Below, piece after piece: positions 50,311 to 63,360 of a stretch of DNA of 64,000 nucleotides. Below the pieces are notes generated by a model. That model did not search any database, had not been told where the DNA came from, and saw only the letters and a program-made list of their open reading frames with translations. A program made the position numbers and the translations under genes. Position 1 is the first letter of the stretch; every line of letters starts with the position of its first letter. Origin of the DNA: Felis catus (taxonomy: Eukaryota); NCBI RefSeq assembly GCF_018350175.1, contig NC_058368.1, positions 1,054,001 to 1,118,000 of the forward strand, in the 5' to 3' direction.

Positions 50311-50919
50311 TAAACCTTTATCTCTTGAGTACCTTCCCACGTGGTTCACCGACTTGGTCAAAATGTAGTCAAAGAAATGTATTAATTAACATGTAAAAGG
50401 AAAAATTAAAGGGAAGTTTTAAAATCATGTGATGATTAATTTTGGTGTGCATATGGAATTGGTTAAACTTGAAATGTAAGGCACCATTTTTCAATGAGTA
50501 TACTGAAAATGAACCAACCTGCCATAAACTCCCCATCATATTTACCTTTTGCCTTACCAGTATCTCGTTTTAATTAGTTCTACCTTAATTCTTTTACACT
50601 GAATTTATAAGTAGGTTTATTTTCTCCCATGCCCGAATGAGGAATATAATAATGGTGAATTTGTTACAGTTAATTTTGTTTTAAAAATCACTCAATGTAT
50701 AATTTATAGGATGAATGAAACTTAAATATGATTATTTTGATTGTTTACATATAAAACAGAAAACATGGCATGAACGGATGTCCTTTTTTTTGCTGATGTT
50801 CTTTCATTAAGTGAGTCCTTTTATTTTTGATGTAGTGGTGGCTGTGAAAGTGGCTGTGTTAAAATATTTTCAATATTAATGATTCTATCTTTCTGATAGT
50901 ACTTTCTCATTCTCTTCAG

Positions 50920-50998
50920 ATAAAAGTATTTGTCAGTGTGGACCAGTTGCTTAGCTCCTTGTTTACTTGACCCAATTCAACTGGTCTACTTTTTATTG
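50920..50998 (+). other. Candidate 79-nt poison exon
   Basis: ctgat..ctttctcattctcttcag|ATAAAA...TATTG|gtacgt; in-frame TGA at 50968-70; internal 12-bp stem. Confidence 0.35.
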
Positions 50999-52935
50999 GT
51001 ACGTCTTAAAACTTACTAATTACTTAACCATTCTGCCAATAAAATTATTGTCAACTTAAAGGATGTTTCTAATAAGTTAAAACAAAAATCTAATCTGAGA
51101 TTAGATTAGATGGTTGTACTTCATTTATATTGGGAAAAGAAATCTTTATGAGTGCTGCTACATGCAGGTCTTGTACAAACATCTACTGAGAGCTACTTGG
51201 CTTTATCTCTCTATAATCCTGTGATCTAATGGCAAGTGTCCTGATAATTTTAGTATTCCTAATTTGTACTGTGGTGCCAGATTTTAAACATTCTTTTTTT
51301 CTTTCATTGTTTTATTGATGTTTTCTTTTATCCTTTCCCCATTATAAAAATTTAAATTATCATATAGGCCTCAGGAAAATATTTTGTCATTTCAAACAAA
51401 AACCAGCATTCTCCTCTTTGTAACATTGGGAGAGTCATAATTAGATTTCATAGGTTTGCAGCTATTCTTTTTTGTTCCTTGTTACCATTCTTTTGCTGTT
51501 GATAAGTATTTCCTTTTGCAGTCTGTCAGATGTTGAAGAAGGAGTTGATTTCTACTTTGAAAAGTAAAACTTAGGACTTATGTTGAAGTAATATGAGACT
51601 TAAGTAAATGAGGAGTAGACAGCGTTGGTTACTTTCTCACAGTACCAGAATGCATATAACATACATTCCTGGCACATAAACAGCTCTGCTTTTTTTAATA
51701 CCTCTTCTGTTTGTTGCATGCTAAGAAAGTTTTTTTCTTTATTTGATGTGGATGTTAGTTATTTGTTTTGGTTATTTTCCCTTCAACTTACTACCTTTAT
51801 TTCCTAAAACCCTGTGGCGCTCATGAAATTTGTCCATGCAATTTACCCATTTTCTTATTTTTGGCCTGCTTGTTATCTTCTCCGATGTCTATTTATCAGT
51901 CATCTATTTTAAGGCCTTTTAATATCATATTGTACTGAATGCTTTGGGGTATGATGAGGAGAAATAATCTCAACACCAGGTAGAAAGGTGGATACAATTA
52001 TTTTGCAACATGATACGTGATACTTGATCTAAGTAGTTATGATGATTGTATAACCACTCAGAAGACAGCTCAAATACAAGTTGCACCTATCACTTTTCCG
52101 TATGTTTGATTTCTAATGTGACTATTTGTGTTTTTCATATACACATACCAGTTCATCCGAATTGTATTTTTGTAAGACTCTATATTTCAGTAATACTGCT
52201 TTTGTCTAGTAATTTTCAACGTGTACCTCCTTTAGTCTTACCATCATGTATTTTACCTTGTTGCTTTGAATTAGTGTTGGCAAATATTCACTCTTGCCAG
52301 AAGGATTGACTATTCTTATCTGTGGACTAATTATTAGCTTTAGTTAATAGCCCAAAATCATGTTGAATGACTTTGTTTTAGTTAAAAAAATTTTTAAATA
52401 CGGTGTTTTGTGGTTGAATGAGGTTTTAAATGTAGAATACAAAGGTATGGTTAATTGGTTTTAAGAGAAGTTCCATAAGTTTTTGAGACAGCAGCACAGC
52501 TCAGTGCAAAAAGTATTTAACATCAGACTTTTCTCTGAAGGACCATAGTCATTTGATTATTAAGGCTTACATTTTATAGACACATTTAATTTCTTCTGTC
52601 AGATGACAAAGAAGTGTGTCATGGTCAATAGAAAACACTGTGTCTTTGTTGTTTTCAGTTTTTACTTAAGTATATATAGGGATTCTGTTAAACTAATTAA
52701 TAGGGGAAAAATCCAGTTTTTGAAAGAGACTTAGCTGAGATCATTACTTTTGTTTGAACCTAATTTAGATGCATTGCAGTTAACAGTTTGCATCCAGATG
52801 AAGATTTCTGACCCACTAAACCTGATTAGAGATTAACAGAATTATTTTGCAGAGAGAAAAGGTGTACTGAAAAATAGAATTTTTTTCTAATTAAATTGTG
52901 ATTTTCTTAATTTTCTTTTTTGTTTCAAATTTTAG

Positions 52936-53086
52936 AAATATGGAAAACTGACCACTTGTACTGGTTGCCGAACACAGTGCAGGTTTTTTGATATGACTCA
53001 GTGTATAGGTCCTAATGGATATATGGAGCCATATTGTTCAACTGCTTGCATGAACAGTCACAAGACAAAATATGCAAAATCACAAA
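52936..53086 (+). CDS. ZMYM2: ZMYM2 coding exon 6 (151 nt)
   Basis: ttttag|AAATATGGA; KYGKLTTCTGCRTQCRFFDMTQC...PYCSTACMNSHKTKYAKSQ; donor A|gtaagt. Confidence 0.96.
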
Positions 53087-53237
53087 GTAAGTTTCAGGTA
53101 TTTGGAAAGTTAAAAAACTTCAATAACATGACTAATTTCTTAACTGCACTTTCCCTTTAACTTTGTTTTTATACTTGTTTTTAACTGCATAAACTATTTT
53201 TATTCATCACATTAAACTTTCTTACTGCAGACTTCTT

Positions 53238-53444
53238 AAAAAATTTTTTTTTAATATTTATTTTTGAGAGAGAGACAGAGTGTGACAAGGGAGGGGCAGA
53301 GAGAGGGAGACACAGACTCTTAAGCAGGCTCCAAGCTCTGAGCTGTCAGCACAGAGCCCACATCGGGGCTCGAATTCACGAACTGCGAGAACATGACCTG
53401 AGCTGAAGTCAGATGCTTAACTGACTGAGCCACCCACATGCTCC
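53238..53444 (-). mobile_element. Can-SINE
   Basis: TSD actgcagactt. Confidence 0.9.
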
Positions 53445-53792
53445 CACTGCAGACTTTTTTAGTGGTTTTTAACCATTCCATATATCTTTCATTTTCTTTA
53501 ATTTAAAGTGATTGGTGAAGTTCTGTCCATGGCTGCATTCTTAGCAAAATTGTTTTTCCCTCAGAGATTAAAACTGAGATTGTTTCATATATTCATGTTT
53601 GTTTTAGAGATATGATATTGGACTCTTTATAACAGTATATTTTAAGGTGGACATGATCTTGGAAATTTATTTTAATAAAAGAATAGTTTACAGAAGGTTC
53701 CATTAAAAATTACTCTCAGAGGTCAAGTAGGATTTGTTTTTAGGCTTTTATTACTTTATAAAGAAATCAGATATGTACTTTTTCTCTCCTAG

Positions 53793-53908
53793 GTTTGGGA
53801 ATTATTTGCCATTTTTGTAAGCGAAACTCCTTACCTCAATATCAAGCCACAATGCCTGATGGGAAACTGTATAACTTCTGCAATTCCAGTTGTGTGGCTA
53901 AATTTCAG
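53793..53908 (+). CDS. ZMYM2: ZMYM2 coding exon 7 (116 nt)
   Basis: ctctcctag|GTTTGGGA; SLGIICHFCKRNSLPQYQATMPDGKLYNFCNSSCVAKFQ; donor CAG|gtttgt. Confidence 0.96.
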
Positions 53909-55591
53909 GTTTGTTATTTATTTTGGATCTTTCCCACTCCCAACAAAATACACACGGGAAATAAACAGTGTAATATGCTTCATCTTTATTTAATATGTTA
54001 ACTTGCGTGTTGTTTGTTGAGGGCCAGACTGCAGGCGGAGGTCATAGGGTCACGGTAATAGACATGGCTGCAGATGCTTACTGTGTGGCATGGAGACTCT
54101 GATTGACTTTTCAGCTGTTATTTATAGAACAGACTTGAAGGAAAATAAGTTTTAGTATAATTGAGCGCGATGCCTGATGTGTACTATTTTCTTAGTGGTT
54201 TCAATAACATGTGACTCTGAAGGAGACTTCTGTTTTATGATAAAACAAAAAACTATGACAAAACTATGACCAACATGAACAAAACATACGACAACTATTT
54301 GTCAGAAATCTGCCAGTTAAAAAGGGGATTGGACTTGTTACAGTGGGCCCTAATTTAATACAAAATCAGTTTAGGGAGACCTTTTTCATTTTTGTAAAGG
54401 TAAAGAACTTTCTGGCATACTTCTTCAAAGTTGGGGTTATGGATAATTTCAGAAGATGTGTTACTGGAAGTGTTCAGACTTAAACTGACCACTGGGAGGG
54501 AATAGTTGAAAATGGGATTCAGCACTAGTTAAGTGGCATGAGTAGGTTTACTTATGTGAAAAATTCAAAATGTTTTTGAAATACTTGTGAATACTTGAAA
54601 TATGTATGAAATACCTATGTGAAAAATTCAAAGATTCAATCCAGTACATAAAGTGATGCTTCATGATAGTGAATCTTCCAGCAGTTCCACAATGTTGTAG
54701 GTACTGTATTCTGCATTATATAGCCTGAAAATGTAGTCTCTTAAGTATGTGACAGTAGTTGTAACCATTATTATCACTTAAATTCAGGTGGTTTTTAATT
54801 CAACCAGGTAAATGTTGTTTTTGTTAATAGTTATATCCTCCACTGGGTTAAGTTAATAAGCCATATTCATAACTAAACTTTTATTTTGGAAGCTGGGATC
54901 GTGGCAATTGAGAAATCCTTTAGAGTGGTAAAATACTGCTTCTGACTTGGCTTTTCCAAAACTAGAAATTAAGGAATAAGGAAGGATTAATTAGATGAGA
55001 GAATGACAGAGTCTTTGACATGCTGCTTCTCAGACTTCACCTTTATGTATTACTTTTTGATGTTTGAAGTGTTAGTGGAAAATGTTTTTTAAAAAATGTT
55101 TTCACTACTTTTTTCATGTAACTGAAACTTGTATTGCCCATGATTTGATGAGACCACTCGTATATGTGCATTGTATGTACACTGTATCTTGTAAATACTT
55201 AATGTGGATTCTTATAGCCAGATAAGCCTGTAAGCAGCCTCCTCACTATAACGGCGTAAAAGTAATACAAAGTTGACAAATAGACAAGCAGCATTTTTTT
55301 TCCTTTCTCTGTATCTTAAAGCAAACCATAGATTTTGAGCTTTATGTCTTTATTAGATGTTTTTCCATTTCAAAATAAGGTAATAGGATAGTATTTCATT
55401 TGTTTTGAAAGAATACTTAACTTTAATGGACTTGCAGTTTTTTTGAAGTATAAGGACACTTGCTGGTTTTTATTTAAAAAATGTATTCACCTGATGGTTA
55501 CTGTCTTAATTCTGCATGTTTTGTTTTTTCACAAATCTTGATTGTGTTGTATGTTGTATGCAGAAGTTTTAAGAAATGTTTAAAAAACATC

Positions 55592-55778
55592 TTTTTTTAG
55601 ATGTTTACTTATTTATTTTGAGAGAGTGCACACGCGTGCGTGCGAGCAGGGAAGAGACAGAGAGAGAGGGTGAGAGAGAGAATCCCAAGCCTGTCACGGG
55701 GCTTGATTTCACAAACTGAGATCATGACATGAGCCGAAACCAAGAGTCAGATGCTAAACCTAGTCACCCACATGCCCC
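55592..55778 (-). mobile_element. Can-SINE (partly deleted)
   Basis: gagatcatgacatgagccgaaaccaagagtcagatgc. Confidence 0.82.
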
Positions 55779-56364
55779 AAATTTTTTTTAAATAATTTTT
55801 TTTTCCTCTCCTAACTGCCACCCTGAAAAAAATTTAACTTTAATATATTCTGAAGATTATATATGCCATGTAATATATTAGAGAATAAAGATTACAGCAT
55901 CCTCACCACTCACGTTAGAAACTCAAACAAAACTTTTAAAACCCATCTATGCTTATATCTTTTCCTATTCTGTAAGTTGTTTGAACTTTTAAAAATGCCG
56001 TAAAATTAAGACTATTGTTATCAATACCAGTCTGTTCATCTTTCCCCCCTGCCTAACTTTGTAAAAGAAATGACCAATTTAAAAAGGTATTATAGGCTGT
56101 TTTCCCTGATGGAATTGGAGTAAAAATGATAGCAATATTGCATGTAGGACAAATTACTACTTAAACTAGGAGCTAGGCTTTTTTAAAGATTTAATTACTA
56201 GTTCAGAACTTGGTGAACTTAACTCTTATTTGCTTACGTTTTCTTAAAGAGAAAAAAATCATACTTGAACTGTATGGTATTTTGTCCTTTTTCATATTAT
56301 TTTAAATAAGTACTAGTAATCCTGTAGTAAAAGAATTTGTTTCATAAAACTTTACTAGTGTAGT

Positions 56365-56550
56365 TTTTATTTATTTGGTTATAATGTTTTATTTTTGAGA
56401 GAGAGAACACAAGTGGGGGAGGGACAGAGGATCTGAAGCAGGCTTTGCGCTGACAGCAGAGAGCCTGATGGGGAGCTTGAACTCATGAACTGTGAGCTCA
56501 TGACCTGAGCTGAAGTCGATGCTCAACCTACTAAGCCTCCCAGGTGCCTC
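56365..56550 (-). mobile_element. Can-SINE
   Basis: TSD actagtgt. Confidence 0.88.
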
Positions 56551-56715
56551 ACTAGTGTCATTTTTAAAGACAAAATTGAGAAATGTAATTTTATGTGTTG
56601 AGGAAATATTTAAGCAAAATACTGTTTTCTGGACATAGTCAATATTTGACAGTAGTTACAAATAAAAATTCTAAAATCTGTGTCAGGCTCAGAATGTTTT
56701 TATTCTTTGTTTTAG

Positions 56716-56832
56716 GCTCTAAGTATGCAGTCATCTTCCAATGGCCAGTTTGTAGCTCCAAGTGATATTCAGTTGAAATGCAACTATTGCAAAAATTCCT
56801 TTTGTTCAAAGCCAGAAATCCTGGAATGGGAG
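56716..56832 (+). CDS. ZMYM2: ZMYM2 coding exon 8 (117 nt)
   Basis: gttttag|GCTCTA; ALSMQSSSNGQFVAPSDIQLKCNYCKNSFCSKPEILEWE; donor GAG|gtaagt. Confidence 0.96.
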
Positions 56833-57378
56833 GTAAGTTCAATTTTGTTATGTATATTATCTTGCTTAAATGAGAGTATAGTCAACTAATAATGGTGTTT
56901 CAATTTGAGGATCTATTTCTTAGTGTATAGGGATTCTTCAGAATTTGTGATGATTGAATTCTTTACTTTCTTATGGGAATAGCATCGACAAAGGACATGT
57001 TTATTTTTAGGTCAAACAAAAATTATTGAAGTCATATTCATATATTGACATTATGTTTGTGATAGTGTATGGAATGTTACTCTGTTTAGCTACATATCTG
57101 GAACATCTGTTTTACCGTGTTTTTTCATTTTTACTCTCATCCTTATAAATATTGTCTTTGAACTGTAATATCTTGTATTGCCTGCTACCTGTATAAATTA
57201 AAATTTCTTAGTCACTTAACATATTGTCATTTAACATTATATAATTGTCTTAATAAAAGAATCCTAATATAAATTTATTTTATTTTCCCTTCTCATCACT
57301 CTTGCTTTTACCAGTTTGACATACACTTTTGCCATTAGTAAAGTCCTATCGTTATTGTTTATTTAAATAAGGGAACAG

Positions 57379-57430
57379 TGATGGATGGATGGATGGATGG
57401 ATGGGTGGGTGGACGGACGGACGGAAGGAT
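57379..57430. repeat. Compound tetranucleotide microsatellite (GATG)n(GGTG)n(GACG)n
   Basis: Visible directly in the sequence. Confidence 0.9.
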
Positions 57431-59000
57431 TAACAGACAGGTGGACCTGGCTGAACATTGCTTTCTTGATCAGTGTTCACCCTTGGCCATTCTTTCTTTT
57501 CTCCTTTTTTGATGGCATGGAATATGTAATAAAATGGTGTATAAGACATTAGTATTAACAATAAATTGCTCTTGAACCAAAATTTGTTAGTGGCTATTGG
57601 CAGTCACTCAGTATCTGAGTCTTAGGAGAAAGGTGTAACCAGAACGTGACTACATGAATACTAAAGTATTCTGGGAATCTGGAATTTCATTGTTTTAAAT
57701 TTAGTCCCTAGAAAATTGTTTAGTTTGTTAATTTGTTTGGTGCTTTCTCAAGAGCACTTAAACCAATTCTTGGAGACTGTTGTTGGTACCCAGTGATGAC
57801 TTTTAGTGACTGTAACTCTCTCTAAATCATAACAGGAAAAATGTTGAAGGCCTAGTAAGAATAAAGGAATGGTGGGGAATGAGGAAAGAAATCCATAAGC
57901 AAGCACATGGAATAATATCATATAGGGAATAAAGATCCTGCCTAAACTGAATTTTGATCATACTAGATGAAATGGAGGTCCTTTCTGTCGATCTCCATGT
58001 TAGAACTACCTGGCTTTTGTAGTCTTGGTGTTGATTTTATTTACATGAAGGTTAAGTATTAGGAGGAGTTAATAAACATTGTCTATCAAACTGAATTAGA
58101 GTTGAGCCATTCCCTCAGGTGATTGAGAATTCAGAGGCTTTGTTCTTCTCATTCCATGGTTGGCAGTTGTGGTTTCTTTGTTGCTGTTTTTCCTCTTATA
58201 AGTTAGATGTCCATGATGGGGCAATTTTCCACTGATGATTGCCTTACTACTTGAGTTGCTTCCTAGACTCTTTCACCTTCCTTATCTTGGTCTTCAGCTA
58301 TCTTTGCCAAGCGTTAGGTAGATAGATTAGACCTAGTCTGTATCCTTCATAATAACAAAGGGGAAAAGGTGCTGCCCTGTAAATTTTAACTTGATTGTGT
58401 TTGGCTGCATATTTGGAGAGTGTAGCTCTGGCTTTATAGGTTTGGGGCCAGGAGAAGTAACTAATAATACTAACCTAGCTCCATTCAAGGGAACCAACTG
58501 AGTCTCAAGTTTAGCAGCATACTTACGATGGCCCCAAATGAATACTTTATCCATCATAGGTCTGTGATAGGAATGTGATTGAGTCTGCTTGGCTGTACCT
58601 ATGAAGAATATTTCTTTTTGAGTGAAACTGGTGTTAATGTCATATTTCTCATCTTTTCTTAGTTTACCCATGTTTTATCTTTCATTGTTTTCTACCCATT
58701 AATCCAGTTCCCTTAGCAACACCAGACTGCCATCTTGTTTTAGTGGTACCTTTACTATTTTACTGAGTAATTTTGGGGTAGTTAATGGTATTGAAGTTTG
58801 TGGAATTATGTCTAAATATAGCAGTGAATTAGTTAAATTAGCTGTCTGTGGCCTATTGAAAATGTATCCCCAGGGATTATCAATCACATTAACTAGGTAA
58901 ATGATTTAAGTTTATTTCTGTAAAAGTGGCTTGTTTATTTCTTAAACTTGTTCTTGAGGTGGTTGTCATATACTTACCAAGGTTCCCATTGTGCATTTAG

Positions 59001-59151
59001 AACAAAGTGCATCAATTCTGCAGCAAAACTTGTTCAGATGACTATAAGAAGTTGCATTGCATAGTTACATATTGCGAATACTGTCAAGAGGAGAAGACTC
59101 TTCATGAAACAGTAAATTTCTCTGGCGTTAAGAGACCTTTCTGTAGTGAAG
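59001..59151 (+). CDS. ZMYM2: ZMYM2 coding exon 9 (151 nt), ends at a GC donor
   Basis: catttag|AACAAAGTG; NKVHQFCSKTC...CEYC...RPFCSE; donor AAG|gcaagt at 59152; frame joins exon 10 (G|GC = Gly). Confidence 0.95.
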
Positions 59152-60878
59152 GCAAGTGTATATACAGTGTTGTTCATAACTTTTATTAATATTTAATGTT
59201 AATTTTGTGCCAAAATATTCTCAAATATATTAACTACATATGTCCAGGGTAGCTGTGCAATTTTAGTGTAGCTGAACAAAAAAATTGAATTTGATTTTCT
59301 ACTGACTTGTTTTGTTATTTTTATTTGTAGACCTCTGGGCCTCAAGGTGTTTTCTCTCTAAAAATTTGATAACCTTTTTTCCATTAAAAGGAAGTCTTGA
59401 AAATAAAAACATTATCATATGTCAAATCTAAGCATAGACAATGTGATCTGAAAGTTGATTTTCCAAGTGGAATAGAATTATTTTCCTTTGGGTTTGTTTT
59501 CCTGCCCAGCTTACTGCCTAGCCTACAGAGATTTTCTGTATACCAGAAAGAAAACCATATGTGGCATTACTACAGTGGAAAAATACTTTTAGGTTTTAAA
59601 CAGGCAAACACTGGCTCTTACTATTGTATATTCAAGAATTCTTTTTCTTCTCATTTGCACCTTTGCTGCTCTGGTGCCAGGCAGCTGATTATAGAAATGA
59701 ACTCCTGTTCTTGATTCTGATTGTTCAGAGATAGGAACCAGTATTGTAACTATGGATTTGGGGTTCTTGGTTATTATTACTTTCCCCCCCAAGTGACACA
59801 TTCTTGCTCTACACTGGCTTTCACTTTCTATTCTTTCTTTGGTCCTAGGCACTGAACTCTCGCAGCTGTTCTATCTGCTGTCCTCATCTGTGTTTCCTAG
59901 TTAGATTCAACTCCTCCCCCCCTGATCCATGTTTTATATGGTTTTCTACTGTTAGGGGCAAGAAAAAGGTTGGAGAGTCCTCTAAGTGCCAGCAGTAGTG
60001 AATGACCAAAAGCCCAGAAGATTATCTGTCCATTCAGTTAGTGTCTTCATCTAATATGTTATACATTTCACATAATAAGATTATGTATAAAAGAGGGTAT
60101 TGCTTATAAAACAAGGCATTCCTGTTTTTATAGGTTTAATTGAGTACATTTCACCTGGAATGAGAAAGGTAAACATGTTTACTGTTAAGATCACAGCTGT
60201 GATGAAAAGTGACATAATGTTTCACTGAAAAGATTGATTCTTTATTTTGCTCATTATACCTGAATTTGTATGCATTGACAATCTTTAGTGATTCATTAAG
60301 TCTGAACATACTGGTGTTGATGGCTAATATACCCATACGTGATCTTGTATCCTTTAGGTAATGTAGATTTTACTAAAATGAATAGACAATAGCAGCGGAT
60401 AGAGAATTGACATTAAAGAAAATTTTCAATTAGAGGGACTTCTATCTTTAGGCAATAAAAGTTTCAAAAGGATGTGTGTCTTTTTCCTGTTCAGTAATCT
60501 ATTTTGTGCTTTCTCTGACTACACCTAGTTCTCTGCTGGAACTTGGCAGAAATAACAAAACATGTAATACCTGATACTACCATCAAAATCTAATTAGAAA
60601 GATAAAGCTTTAATAAGGTAAAATATTAAAAAGACTTAAATTTCAAGATAACAGAAAAGAAGTCATAGGACAGTACATAAATAATTGCCAAATAAAGTAA
60701 TAGAAAAACAATTAACAGTTTGAGTTCACAGATAAGTAGGATCCCTTAAAACTAAGTTAGAGTACAGAGTTTGTGGAGAAGGCGTAATTTGAGCTCCTTA
60801 TTAGTATGGGTAGGATTTCAGTAGATATGAGTGCATGGGCATTCTTATGTGGCACAGCATGAGTAAAAGTATGGAAAC

Positions 60879-61089
60879 TTTTTTAATTCTTTTTTTTTTA
60901 AGTGTATTTTTGAGAGAGAGAGAGTATGAGTGGGGGAGAGGCAGAGAGAGAGAGGGAGGAGAATCCCAAGTAGGCTCTACATTTCCAGCATAGAGCCTGA
61001 TGCAGGGCTTGACCCACGAACCATGAGATCATGACCTGAGCTGAAATTAAGAGTCAGACACTTGACTGACTGAGCCATCCAGGCGCCCC
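60879..61089 (-). mobile_element. Can-SINE
   Basis: Antisense body ending ...aggcgcccc; TSD aaacttt. Confidence 0.9.
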
Positions 61090-61682
61090 AAAACTTTAAC
61101 AGAGATATTATAGAGATTAAGGCTGATACGTGAAAACACTTAAACTGCTGCATTCATATAATAGACAAAGGAAATACTTATTAATAAGAATAACAACGTT
61201 TTCTCTAAACAAGTCTATATACCACTTTTTTTTTTCTGAAGGTCCTTGTAGGTTGACAGAAAGGTAAGGCTAGAAATTTTGGCTAAAATGCCTACTTAGC
61301 TGAGTATATCTTTATGTTTACTCAGTGCTTCTCAACAGTCTACATTGTTTCATTTCTCTAATGCCTATTTGTGGTGTGTTTGCTGTATGATACTTCTATT
61401 TAAATAGAGCAAACAAAATAGTTATGAGGCATTGCTAGATTTGAAAGTCTTAGAACATTAATTATTTGAATTCACATGAGATCTAATAAAGTATTCCATA
61501 TTCTGTTTCAATATTTACAGGTTGCTGATCATACTAGATTTCAGTTTTGGTCAGGAGAAAAGAGAACTTTATATGCAAACTTATAGACTCTTCTATAAAG
61601 CTAATGAACTATTTGACCTCTAAGTACTTTCTTAATGTGTTTTTGTTTGTTTGTTTGAATATGAAAACCTTGTGTTTTTCAG

Positions 61683-61855
61683 GCTGCAAACTATTGTATA
61701 AACAAGATTTTGCACGACGTTTAGGACTGAGATGTGTTACTTGCAACTATTGCTCTCAGCTGTGTAAGAAGGGAGCAACTAAAGAACTTGATGGTGTTGT
61801 GAGAGATTTCTGTAGTGAAGACTGCTGTAAGAAATTTCAGGATTGGTACTACAAG
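61683..61855 (+). CDS. ZMYM2: ZMYM2 coding exon 10 (173 nt), probable GC donor; gene continues beyond window
   Basis: tttttcag|GCTGCAAA; GCKLLYKQDFARRLGLRCVTCNYC...DFCSEDCCKKFQDWYYK; AAG|gcaagt at 61856. The next exon is not in the window, so the 3' boundary is inferred. Confidence 0.92.
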
Positions 61856-62199
61856 GCAAGTAACTAAAATTTTTTATTACAGCAGCTGCTTTAACCAATC
61901 GTTGATAAGACATTACAGTTATTATCATTACACTTATGGTAGCTTATGTATTTAAAAAATGTGCACACATTAAGCTTAATCCAGATTATGAAATTCATTA
62001 AAATTTTTATCATTTCAGTTTTTCTTTATAACTTGAATAGCATTTTTACTTGTTTTATAACTTAGCTATTCCCCAAAACTAGGATATAGCTTTGTTTTCA
62101 GCAAAACAGAATCTTTGTTTTCATTTTAAACTATATTGCTTAAACAAAATAGATTATTTCTTTAAAATTTGTTGGGTTTTTATTTCACCAAATAGAAAC

Positions 62200-62395
62200 T
62201 TTTTTTTTTTTTAATGTTTATTTTTGAGAGAGAGAACAGGGGAGGGGCAGAGAAAGGGGGGGGGGGGACAGAGGATCTGAAGCAGGCTCTGTGCTGTCAG
62301 CAGACAGCCTGATGTGGGGCTTGAACTCACAAACCGTGATATCATGAGCTGAGCCGAAGTCAGACACTTAACCAACTGAGCCGCCCAGGCACCCC
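62200..62395 (-). mobile_element. Can-SINE
   Basis: TSD caaatagaa. Confidence 0.9.
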
Positions 62396-63123
62396 ACAAA
62401 TAGAAGTATTTTTGATGAACATGATCAGTGTTGAACAGTAGCAGGTAATTGTTTTAGGCACTTATGATGTGTTTTGAAACACTTTGTTCTTTTTTACCTT
62501 TTAAATTGTCAAATTGAAAAGACACTATATGAATAGAGACCAAAAATATTTAATTTGAAACTGTGAATAAGTGTGTGTGTGTGTGTGTGTCTGTCTGTCT
62601 TATTAAAATCTACTTCTAGAAGAGTGAAGATAAGTCACTTGTTGTCCGCTGTATTTTTTCTATATAAGAAAAATGAGTGTATATTTGAGCTTTGTTTAGT
62701 CAGATATTACCCAAGAAAATGTTATTAGTTCATATGTCCGTAACAAGGAAAACCATGTCAATGTTAAAACTTCATTATAGTTGCACTTCTAAAGCATGTG
62801 AAGACAGACATCATCATAACTTCAAAACTGAAATATTGCTAAAAGAAATATAGAGTAAAATGGCTGAAACATATAGAATATTATTTAGTTCACTTAGTGC
62901 AAGTGATTATTGTTAAATGATACTATTTAGGAGAATTCTTGGTGTAGTTCTTGAATGTCTACAGCTCAACATATTAAGTAACATTTTTTAAATAAAAAGA
63001 AGATACTTTCCAAGTTGTAAGAGTTGTGGAGGCTAAGAGTTTTGGTGCACTTCATTATTTCACTGTTGCTTCTGACTAATTTAAGTCTTACAGTTAAGGT
63101 TCAAATTTTAGAAACACACAGGA

Positions 63124-63360
63124 CGGGCGCAAAGGTGGCTCAGTAAGTTGAGTGTCCGACTTCGGCTCAGGTCATGATCTCTGGGTTTGTGAGCTTGAGC
63201 CCTGCATCGGGCTCTGTGCTGACAGCTCAGAGCCTGGATTCTGCTTCGGATTCTGTGTGTCCCTCTCTCTTTGCCCTCCCCTGCTTATGGTCTCTCGCTC
63301 TCTCTCTCGCTCTCGTTCTCAAAAATAAACAAACATTTTTTAAACATTAAAAAAAAAAAG
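63124..63360 (+). mobile_element. Can-SINE
   Basis: TSD gaaaca(c/t)acaggac. Confidence 0.9.
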
